Shown here piece by piece: positions 35,001 through 46,900 of a stretch of 64,000 bases of DNA. This stretch comes from Tubulanus polymorphus (taxonomy: Eukaryota; Animalia; Nemertea). The notes beneath the pieces were generated by a model that ran no database searches, was not told the DNA's origin, and saw nothing but the letters and a program-made list of their open reading frames with translations. The stretch's first letter is position 1. Every line of letters begins with the position of its first letter. The stretch covers positions 9,001 through 73,000 of the forward strand of contig NW_027437470.1 of NCBI RefSeq assembly GCF_964204645.1. The letters are read 5' to 3'. Position numbers and translations under genes: made by a program.

Positions 35001-35734
35001 TAGAAACGACTGAACATAAAAATTCACCAATCAGATTTACACAATACATTATACAAGTTGTTCGGCCGTTTCTTCCAATACATCATTTGATTTCTATAAA
35101 TACAATTTATAATTACAAACATTTTTTCAATTGCTGATAAATATTTAACTACATCAACAAATGTTAAACTTAATCATTGGAGTCTTAATGTTTTTGAAAT
35201 TCTTATATAGTTTCTTCGTTGATCTTTTGGCGATTCTTGTGTTTCTTGTGCTAATTTCTATTGGTTCGATATCCATTGCTGTTGATTCCTCAGTCAGAAA
35301 GAGTATCTTGAGTTTCTCTATCACTTCTTGATGCGTATGGCGTTTTATTAATCTAAAAGATATTAGCGGCAACTCTAGCCATCTAAAAGATATACTAAAT
35401 ACACTTAAATATATCTAAAGGTTTCATATTTAATAGCCCTAATAACTACAAAAAAACAGTACTTACATTTAGATTTAGAATTGTAAACTATAAACTCCTA
35501 ATTTCGTTTCGAGAGATAGAATATCCTGAGCGTAATGTTACAGCGCCTGTTCATTTCTTGCCACGTCATCTGGTTCCGGTTCTAGAGTGTTCTACACGTT
35601 TGCAATATTATGACTCATATGTCTCGGCGTCATAGTAACAGCTGTAACAGCTGTGAATTTATAGATTTATTCAATAGTTCATTACATGAAATGTATATAG
35701 GCTCAAATAGAATCATGTTCTAGTATAAACAGCT

Positions 35735-36295
35735 ATGCATTATTTCAATCACACTTTACTAACACTTTTAATGTTTAAAATCTAACTCATACAAATATGA
35801 ATATTGAAATAATGTTGTAAATATATACTTTTATATTGAATAATCTGTCAATTTAAATGTTATTCATGTATATGATTATTTTAAGAGTAATAGGGGTAAT
35901 GGGCTTTCAGGTTAAAGGTCGAATGGTCGAGTTCATTAAAAACAAATATTGAAAGTAATTTAAAACCATAATATATTTTCATAACCGTGTGTATTTCAGT
36001 TGAATAATAGAATAATTATTATTATTAAAATATATTTGATTATATGAATTTGTGTATTGTTAATAAATCAATTGGTCGCGGAGCGGAGCGGTAGCGAAGT
36101 GGAGCGACCAATTGATTTAATACAATATGCTTTTTAAATTTAAATTATTGATATCTTAGAATAAATATTTTGTTATAATATAAAATACACACGGTTATGA
36201 AAATATATTATAGTTTTAAATTACTTTTAATGTTTTGTTTTTAATGAGCTTCGACCGTTCGACCTTTGGCTTGAAAGCCCATTACCCCTATTACT
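35735..36295 (-). repeat. Right TIR of the Polinton; 35886-36295 forms a palindrome
   Basis: Reverse complement of the left TIR. Confidence 0.93.
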
Positions 36296-39200
36296 TAAAC
36301 TATCTTTTGAGAAACGGGTCCCAGAGCTGTATCCTTTACTCCTGTAATAGAGGATGCAATCTATTTGCGACAAACAGCTAGTGCAAATAGCTAGAAAAGG
36401 TAACAATAGTGCATTGGCAAACTTAGAGCAAGCGTACATTGGTTGTTTAGGTTTTTCGAAGGGGAGAATTTGTGGGAAAATTAATCATTCCTGAGATATA
36501 TCCGTGGCGAGCTTTTCCAGGGATTTAAAAAGTTGAGCTGTACACAAGGAATTTTGTGTAGTCCAATATCCGTGATTACCTCTGGCGTGGAGAGATACAA
36601 TCTAAAACCAACCCTAGAGTCAAATAATTTACCACAATTTTTTATGATCGATAAAAAGATCGAGTAATAGACATTCAAACAGTATTATCCAAATTCCACT
36701 CCATTTTAAACTCATTCATCTCTACACAAACTCCAACTTGTTGAACAGTCCACATTAAAAATTAGGGACCACTATTCTTGCTCATCTACACTAGCTACCA
36801 ATCTAACAAAGGATTAAATTTGAGTGTTTGATGTTATAACAATACCAGACTGAATTATGGATTCGGTTTCTACTTTTTAATTGAACATTTATATCACATA
36901 TTGGGCATCATTTTTACCAGTATATATGGAATAACCTATCCATATATCATGTTCAATTTTATATAATCTGATTTTTGAGATGTCATTAAATCAATGCATT
37001 CACATGCGGTCGTCGCTTTCAATAGCCACCACGGACTGGCTCCTTATTATTTCTTTGGCGATACCATTGGTGGACGATCCCACACGTTTCTTGCTCCAGC
37101 CCTAGAATGCTCAATGTTCGTCATGAATCCCGATTTGAATTTAAATTCAAAATACTCCTAAAACACACCTGTTAACTAGATTAATCTAAAACACCTTTAT
37201 GTGCAAGAATCAGTGAATTTGGCGCTTTATCAGTTGTATTCATCATTCGTACCCACGAATCTCGTATTGTATCCGGCTATGAATGTGGAGACCCATCCTC
37301 GTAAAGAGAATGAATAGGCTCTGTTGCGTTCATATCATTTGATATGAGGCTACGTGTCATCTTCAATTGAAATCACGTTGTTTTTTTAAAGGGTGGGCGA
37401 GAATATATTCTTATGTTTTTGTTTCTCTGAATGTTGCTATTTAAGAGTTCAATAATTTCAGTCTACCAAACAAAGGATTTTCCGTATGTTTCGTGACATG
37501 TTTTTCCATAACCCTAGGAGAGCATTTTAGGTATTTTGTTCGCGGATGACCGAAAGCTGCTGTCCCTCTCTAGTAATTTGATGATATCCGTCGAAATCTA
37601 AATTCTAAAAAGGAATCAGGCATATCTTCTTGTTTGACTAAATATGAACTAAACAAGTGACACTCCCTTCAAAGGCGCCGAAGTAAAATCATGTGTCGAG
37701 TGGAGATGATATTGTGTCAGAATTTCTTCAAAATCGGAGAAAATAGAATATTTTGAAAATAATCATTTTACATGAATGTTTTAATCCGTTATAACTGGAG
37801 CAATTTTCATGAAAAAATATCTATGGAATCAGCGAAATGTAATTGAGAAGAATACTATGTTTAAAAAGTTATCAAATACATTTGAAAAAAGTTTTCTGAA
37901 TTCGTCAACTGTTAAACTAGTAACAACCAGATGTGTTCCCATTAAACCACCGACCGCGAGCCGAGTCGATGTGAGATGTGCCCTACACTGAAAATCTCAA
38001 GTGCTATACAACCGGTTTTTTAGGTGCCTCTGAATGTCGGCCGTTAAAAAAACTGAACAATTCCCATTTGGAAAGGGCCTACGTAGTTAGAGAAAATTCA
38101 AGATGTGTGTATCGTGTGATACAGGCTCCATATTTCATGTGCGTTTGGAATTTAACCTTGTTTATAACGAAACACGCATGTATTTATGCTATTTTAGATT
38201 TAAAAAGAGCGCACGAAAGTGTTTCATGAGACCCGCAAATTACGTCAAGTTATTCATGCATTTTTGATTTATATGAATAAATTTCGCTTAAATCTTTAAA
38301 TTTCTCAGGTGGATTATTCAATAAATTCACAACAGACATTATGGATTAGTTTGACGCCAATCGTTCTTTTAAAGATCTTTCTTTCTCGAAGAAAGATTTT
38401 CTTAAAAACTTTGATTATGGCTAATCTTTTATGTGTCCGATAGTTAAACCTTCGGGTATTATACTAGAACACAAATTTTTAAAGATATTCATAACATACT
38501 GAAGGATATCACAGTTTATACCCGAAGATATATATAGTCGGATAGATCTTTTTGTTTCGACTCGCATGCGACAGTAAAAGCGGTACTTGATATAATAAGT
38601 GAACTTCATCATTGATATTTTCACTAATCTACTTGAATTCCAAAAAAGAACTGACAATGAAAAAGGGTTACAGCTGTGACTGACATCACTCCAAATTTCA
38701 ATTCCTATGAACATAAAAAGAAAAATATAAAGAAACTATTAACGAAACAGTTTTTAGAGGCGAAGAATCCGCGTTACCATCGAATTTTCAAAACTTGAAG
38801 GAATGGTTAATGCCTCGGTGACCACTGGTCTAGTACGCGGTTTTCTGAAATGAAAGTGGCCAAGTCTAAAGAACAACTATTGTATCACATGCTTTCAAAT
38901 ATTAGGAACCCAATGCGTTTAATGATTTAATTAATTGGTATCGCGCAGTTTGGTTGGAAAGACGGGTGTTAGTCACCTTGTGATTTAATTGTTTTTCATG
39001 CATCGATTTATTAATCTTATTATAACTTATTTGTAGGCGCTTCTCACAAACATTTTCTATTCGTTGAGTTTTCAAACGCAGTACTGTTCAGATGATTCGA
39101 GTCAAGTAGTAAAAAAGTTTATGTATTAGCATTACTATGCAGTGAAAATAACGCACTGCGGCAAGTGAGGTGCTGTGATCCACATGTGTAACCCATTTAT

Positions 39201-39316
39201 GGGTAATAATTTTCCATCATGTCAACGCCATTCAAAAACAGTAGCAAAACTTTCTGCTGGTTTCTAGAAATAGCAATACGACGACAAGCACTTTCGAATT
39301 CGACCACGATATTTGA

Positions 39317-39900
39317 AAAGTTTCACTTGGGCAGTGGTGGTCAGTGATGGTCAATTTATGAATTTTAATGGCGAATCCTTTCTAGTTTCACACCAAATGC
39401 GGTACCGGTATATCGTTCTTTCAAGAAGTTTCAATTGGTCAGTGGTGGTCAGTGATGGTCAATTTATGAATTTTCAATGGCGAATCCTTTCTAGTTTCAC
39501 ACCAAATGCGGTACCGGTATATCGTTCTTTCAAGAAGTTTCAATTGGTCAGTGGTGGTCAGTGATGGTCAATTTATGAATTTTCAATGGCGAATCCTTTC
39601 TAGTTTCACATCAAATGCGGTACCGGTATATCGTTCTTTCAAGAAGTTTCAATTGGTCAGTGGTGGTCAGTGATGGTCAATTTATTAATTTCCAATGGCG
39701 AATCCTTTCTAGTTTCACATCTAGTGCGGTACCGGTATATCGTTCTTTCAAGAAGTTTCAATTGGTCAGTGGTGGTCAGTGATGGTCAAATTAGTAATTT
39801 TCAATGGCGAATCCTTTCTAGTTTGACACCATAACGCGGTATATCGTTTTCATATTCGAGAAGTTTGAATTGGTCATTGGTGGTCAGTGATGGTCAGTGA
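39317..39900. repeat. 109-bp tandem satellite, about 5.5 copies
   Basis: GGTACC recurs at 39401, 39510, 39619 and 39728; the unit contains AATTGGTCAGTGGTGGTCAGTGATGGTC. Confidence 0.9.
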
Positions 39901-40869
39901 TGAGTGATGAATTTGCAATGATGATTCCTTAGTAGTTTGAAAACAAACATTACATGATAAATTTCCGAAATTCGAAGTCAAGTGTTCAGACTCGGGGATA
40001 TCTCAATTGGTCAGTTACTGACCATCATGATGGTGTCACCATTGTGGTCTATAGCTCAAATGAAACATGTGGAACCGACGAAGGGGCCCAAAAGCGTTAA
40101 ATCATTTTCTGGAGTGACGTGATCCAAAAATGCCCTAACTGGAAAAGGCAGTCTCTCAATTGGATGAAACCAAATCGGACAGGACAATTAAAATTTGGGA
40201 AGGTAGTGGTCTTTCTACGAAGCCCACGCGGTGAGCGTATTATTATGAAATCTTTTTTTAAACCACCATGTACCACGAAGTAATAAGCATCGTTGTAAGC
40301 ACTTGAAACAGCCATAACCAAAACTGTCAGATCAAACATCATACCGCATCCCCGCAAAGAGGGGTGGTTCAGCAAACCGGAGTTTTCATTGGCCTCTCTA
40401 GACTACCCCGCCAGTACGGGTAGCCGAGCAAACCGGAAAACTCATAATGATTTATCGTCGTATGAAAGATAAAACAAACAAGGCTTTCAATTTGTAATTA
40501 ACACTCCCAAAGCATGTTTTTTCGCAAAAATGAATTCCTTTTCTATACACGTATTTGATCACGGCGAATCTTCGCTCGAATAGATCTTTGATATTTTGGG
40601 TGATTTTCTTTGGCCACGGTCCACCACGCCGAACACAGGTGCCCCCACAAAACCTATGTTTTTTTTTTACAATGTAGAATTCTATATGAGTTGGGAAGGG
40701 CACTCGCCTCTATTTATTCTTTAAAACATAAGACTGGCTGTGCGCTTCACCAAGTTTCGACTTTGACATATTATTTTATTGCCGTGTCTGTCCTATGTAA
40801 TTTTGTCATTATGCGGATGAAATAAATTTTGAATTGAATTGAATTGATCCGTGATTTAGTGGTAACCAA

Positions 40870-40946
40870 CACGAACTACACGTGGTGCGAGTGCAGTCGG
40901 CAAGAAGGTTTATCTACGTGTTGCTGTTATTGTAATTCCTACGAAA
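40870..40946 (+). promoter_or_regulatory. Probable promoter/5' UTR of the nucleolin-like gene, with an E-box
   Basis: CACGTG at ~40879, just upstream of the candidate first coding exon. Nucleolin is an established Myc target in animals. Confidence 0.4.
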
Positions 40947-43900
40947 ATGTCTCCGTTAAAAGTATGTATCACGCACAGTACAAGGGCCTGATCGATGATC
41001 GGGTAATGTCTATTTCAACCTGACTTGAGAGCATTCCTGGTGGCCTAGCTCGCCAATTTTCGGTAGTACATACCTGCCAGTTAGTTACCTACTAATCGTT
41101 GGTGGTAAGCTTTTTATAATCGGATGGGCTTATACCAACGTTAGGGATGACAAGGGCCAAAACACGGTTGAAAAAAGTAACACTTCAAAAATATACTCTC
41201 TATTCACTTCAGTCCACAATTAATGGCTTAAATCACAAACTAGGTAGGCTACCTTTCGAAGTAATCCAATTCACAGGCCGCTTGTAAACTGGCTTGGATT
41301 TTACTTCCCGGTTGTTGATAATCTCGCGAGAATGGTGCTAAATTTAAACTGCAAATAAATTCAAAATATCACAGAAATACCTTTTGTTGATGTTGTTTGT
41401 TCGTTTATCCACTATAGTGTAGAGTTCCGATAAACAATTGGCTGTTGAGGATTAGTATCAGCGGGTGCGACGCCTTACTATATTAAAATAACAAGGGATG
41501 AAACGGCTTCGCTTTTGCCTGTGACCGTATTGATGCGGCGGAAACCACTGCGCATGCGCGGCAACTTTCCGAGCGCTAGTGAGCTGTCGATCAAACTACA
41601 CATTATAGTGTGATTGTGATTGCCTTGGCTTGACGGAGGTTTTTGAGAAAAATCAATTGAACTTGAACTGATCTTAACCTTTCGGAAAGTTGCCGTGCGT
41701 GCACAGAAAAATGGGTTCCTGCCATTTTCCTGTTCTACTGATTTTGCGGCTTCACCCCTTTGGTTTTTTTAGCCCACTTGGGACTTTAGTCCCAGCGGGC
41801 TATTGCGTTCACTTTTCGTTCGTATGTCCGTCTGTCCGAAGACGGAATCCAGTTATTTTGGGAAGTTTTGAAGAGACTTCAAGGTTATGTCTTGATATTT
41901 GGGGTACACATGTATCTACCCTAGACACATCTTCAGCCCAAAAACTGGCCCTGTCAGATTCAAGATGGCCGACTGGCAGCCATTGTTGTTCGCCAAAATC
42001 AGCACATTTTACACATTTTTGAACTTTTTTAGGGAAATTTTGAAGACGCTTTGATCAATTACCTTGATCTTTCGGATATATGTGAATTCCCCCAGGGCCC
42101 ATCAGCATAACAAAAATTGGGTCGATCAGACTCAAGATGGCCGTCCTATGACCTTTTTAGTGCCCAAAAATGTTAATTTTGGCCGAAATTCTGAGTCCTG
42201 TAGCTTCCTACTGGTTCATCATTTCTCATTGCAATTTGTGATGGGTATTCTTTGGACAGGGATGTTTTATACCTGAGACAGGTATTTTTCATCAGCCAAT
42301 TATGACGCAATTGGCGGCCATCTTGGTGTCAGCAGTACTCATTCGTAAGTGGGAAAAAGTTTTTCCACATTATATTGATACCTATTAAAGCGTATTTTGT
42401 TACCACAATCATTTAGAAAGTTGTAGCTCATAACGTGTTCTATGATTGTGGTGAGTTTCAAGGTCATTGGTTTTTGTATATGGCCACCAGGGGGCGTTGA
42501 ATAATGCAATATCTTAGTATTTCTATATTATATTCGTATCAATGCATATTTTGTAACCACAATCAATTGCAAAGTTGTAGCTCATGACATCATCTATGAT
42601 TTTGGCAAGTTTTAAGGTCATTAGTTATTCTATATGGTCACCAGGGGGCGCTGAATAGTAAAATAACTTAGTATTTCCTTATTATATTGGTACCTAGGCA
42701 TATTTTGTTACCATGATCAATTACAAAGTTATAGTTCGTGACATTTTCTATGATTGTGGTGAGTTTCAAGGTCATTGGGTTTTGAATATGGTCACCAGGG
42801 GGCGTTGAATAGTAGAATAACTTAGTATTTCCATATTAAGTGGTAACGAGGCATATTTTGTTATCACAATCAATTACAAAATCGTAGCTGCTGACATGTT
42901 CTATGATTGTGGTGGGTTTCAAGGTCATTGCATTCTGTATATGGTCACCAGGGGTCGTTGAATATTGAAATTGTTAGATTGTTGAGCATTTGGAACCACT
43001 TCCCAAGTGGGCATGGTGTCCGTGGACCCCTAGTCTGACTAGAACCGTGTATCATGGGTTGAAGTTTAACAGTGATGATCACAAAATCGTTTCGACGATT
43101 TCTCCCAACAATCGGCCGCTTTGTGACCAATTTTACACCTGAAACATCATACAGGACTTTGTACGGACCTTTTATATGATCCTATTTTCATTACGTTATC
43201 ATCATTTTCCGGTGAACTGTGACAACGTTCGTTTTCCTCGTAGTTACGTAACCCTACTTTAAATTCACTGAATTTAATCATCGTTTCTTTCTGCGTGATA
43301 ACGGTCGCAATGAGCAGACCGTCACTTACATTTTCATCAGCCGCTTTCAACTGCGCTGATGCGGTTTCTGCCCTTAACATATAATCGGTAATTGTCTCAT
43401 CATGAAATTTTTGGAGCGAAGTAAGTTCTTGATACAAAGAAATGATTTTTATCTTACCTTTCGACAGGTAGTGTCCTCTCAAAATTACAAACGCTACTTT
43501 TCCCTTATCGGCGGCGTCGCGCATCACCAGGGACAATGATCTGTCGTCCAAACACTCGACCAATTCGGCATCGTTTCATTCACTGCCGCTAGCGAGTCCG
43601 GTGAGATCGTGTCAAATAATTTTACAATCCTCATATATCCCAAGAATTTCGTTTGCCAAAGTTCAAACTTTCGTCACCGTCGAATATTGGCCCGCGTGCC
43701 CTGGGCCCATAACCTGTAGACATGTTTGGTAGAATACACCAATATCAATCACCAATCAGACGATGGAAGAAAACAACACTACCACTTTGAATATCTTTCA
43801 CCGACTAAAACTTTATTACACACTATGTTAACAGGGTCATGATAAGTGTCATGTTGAGTTACACGGTTAACAAATTCCAGGATTGAAAACAATCTAATAT

Positions 43901-46900
43901 TACGCTCGGTGTTTTAGCCATACATTGGAAGAGGTTTCGTTCCCAAGACTCAATATTCAGCCACCCTTTGACATGTGACATCATATGAATTTTATTTGAA
44001 TATTTTTTCATATTGTGAAAAATATTTTTTTGAAAATAGTAGTTTCCCTGCCGCGCCTACCTGTACCCTACGAATTTTTGGACGTAAGTCATAAACAAAT
44101 GTTTATCTTTGGTCTTATTTGACTACAAAATAATTCTTTAAGAAAGATAAAATACAATATAAACTTCTAGAACTTTGAAGTCTCGAATTAAAAAGATTTT
44201 TCAAGCAATGCCCTTACTGCAAACAACCTCTAGCTTTTAAGGTAAACCACACTTTGCCTATGGGCAATTTATTTCATGTAGTGTGATCTTTGGGGCGGCT
44301 TATCTTTTCATGTAAGGATATATTAACAGAAAATGAACATTATCGCCACATAGCCTATACCTCTTAACTATTTTAAAACTTGTTACATCGTTACAATGCT
44401 AATCATTCTGTAAAACGTTGAATGCTGAATCATTCATCTTCTACTGCGTCATGAAGGTACAGGGCCTCATTTTTCAATGGCAATGCCCTCGCCAAACTAG
44501 CTCCACTTTGAAGGTAAACCACTTTGCCCATGGGTGATTTATTTCAACCGTGTTTTGGCCCTTGTCATCCCCAATGTTGGTAGGCCTATAAGCCCATCAG
44601 ATCATAAAAGCTTACCTCTAATGATAAGGTGACTAACTAGCCTGAACCTTCCTGCCTTATAGGTAAAATTTATGGCTTTGATTTCAGAAAACTAAGAAGA
44701 AAGCTGAAGCTGTGAAAGTGGAAACAAGTAGTAGTAGTGAAGATTCCAGCTCCAGTGATGAAGGTTTGATATCAGAGTTTCAGCCTCAATACAATTTTCT
44801 CACTCAATAGTTTCTTTATCATTTAGAAGGGAAGCAGTTTATTTTGTTGGTATTTGCAGAAATGGACATAACTCCGGCACCACCTGCTGCTAAACCATCA
44901 CAGCAGAATGATTCTGATAGTGACGAATCTTCATCAAGTGAAGAGGGTATGTCGAACTGAAACAAATTAGTTGTATTAAGATAGGCCTATGCAGTCGACT
45001 ATGCTTCTTATCGGCTGGGATTGGTATTCAAGTGAATCAATTTAGTCAAACCTGCTTAATCCATAATTTCATTTTGCAAAAAATATTTTTGATATTGTGA
45101 AAGATATATTTTTTATATCTACCTACCGTATTTTCCGGTGTACAAGTCGACCCGGTGTATAAGTCGAGGTCAAATTTTCAGTTTAAAAAGTTGTGCTAGG
45201 GCTATAGTCGGTGTATAAGTCGAGTCGCTTCTTCATGTGTTTACATATGTCACATTGAAAACAGTGCCGATGTCATTCTCATAGTAGTCGAGAGTCTTTA
45301 CCACTGTTTGCATTATTAGGGTTTTCTGTTACATCACAGAAAACCCTATTGAGATTCGCGTGTTTCTTATTATTATTATTATTATTTTTTTCCAAACTTT
45401 TTGTCAAAATTACAAAGGCTTTTTTACATTACCGCTGTTGCCGATACAATCCGTCTGATATCATTCAGCTCACTTCAATCTACAAATACTCCGTGCGAAT
45501 TTTGAAGAATCAACGTTACAAAAGCACTGTCGGGCCGTAAACATCGAAAATTGAGCCCCATTCAAAGAGCCGACATGTTTTTCTAAGTCGTCTTTCCAAA
45601 ATCTATCGCACGTTTCTTGTCACGTCGATTATCAATTCAAGCATAAATTAACAAATTTATTACCCAAAGATTACACATTCTGTCACGGTTTTTAAAAACT
45701 AATTTTAACAATAGCCCAATTTCCTCATCAAATCATATTACCGATACACAGGAAATTTACTACTTTAGATTTTAAAAGCACTGTCGAGCCGTAAACATCG
45801 ACAAATCGACGTGTGTCACTACATCGTCGTTCCGGGAATCAGCTGCAAGTTTCTCCTCATCATGAGAATCAAATCGAGTGCAAATTAATTTATAACTACC
45901 AGTGATTTGGCTGCGGGCGTCAAGCAGTTAGTTTAGCAATACGTATTTTTCTTTACCAAATTAACCGTGTATTTACTAAGATAAATCATAAGTGTACCGG
46001 GGTGTCGTAGGCCTAAACTAAACATGGCGAAGAGATATAGTGGAGAAAAGCTGTTATGTCGACGAGGTATCAAAATAAAAAAATATATTACTTTTTTCGG
46101 CCGCGGGCATCAACTTCTATATCAATACCATCAATACTCTATATTTCCTACGGTACATACCGATCATTGTCAAATCTACAAGGTATTTACTAAATACAAG
46201 TATATAACACACTCCTATCCGTATGCTGGACTCACACTTGACATTCGGAGTAAGCGTTCGCTGTGGGGGAAAGGAGACCGTTCGCTGTGTCGCTTGAAGT
46301 GTTTATCGAGTTTTACGCGACCTTAAGGCTTTAGTATGGTGGCTGATGAGATAAAAAAACACGAATATGCAAATGAGGGCGACATTACGACAAAATGACA
46401 AAACTAAAATAACGCGAGAAACCAATGATTTTGATTTTGTCGCCCGCGACAATTCATTATTTTGGTTTTATCGCCCGCGACAATTCATTATTTTGGTTTT
46501 ATTGCTTGCAACAATTCATTAGTTTGGTTTTGTCGCCCGCGACAATTCAATATTTTGGTTTTGTCGCCTGCAACAATTCAATATTTTGGTTTTATCGCCT
46601 GCGACAGTTCAATATTTTGGTTTTATCGCCCGCGATTATTCATTATTTTGGTTTTGTCGCCTGAGACAATTCATTATTTTGGTTTTATCGCCCGCGACAA
46701 TTCATTATTACAGTTTTATCGCCCGCGACAATTCATTATTTGACGCCTTATAAAACGTTACCATTATGAAACCTAAACAATGTTAACCATTCAGCGTCAT
46801 TTTACAAACGACAGCCGTAAATCGATGTGCAAAACGTCACGGGTCTATGTGTACGCAAACAAGCTATCTGGCAAAATATTATTGACATAGATGTAGAATG

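Larger units (their letters stand above)
17162..36295. mobile_element. Full-length Polinton/Maverick (adintovirus-like) endogenous virus, decaying
   Basis: Termini AGTAATAGGGG...CCCCTATTACT; perfect 6-bp TSD TAAACT (17156-17161 and 36296-36301); ~560-bp TIRs; pPolB, rve integrase, ATPase and capsid genes; much more AT-rich than the flanks; intronless, compact, two convergent gene blocks. Confidence 0.97.

Noticed and set aside
39313-39900. 109-bp repeats as a CRISPR array or coding ORF
   Set aside because: The whole unit repeats in tandem, so it is a satellite.
44451-44456. Alternative first exon ATGAAG|GTACAG
   Set aside because: It is phase-compatible but has a weaker donor and no promoter-like context compared with 40947-40961. 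Not fully excluded.
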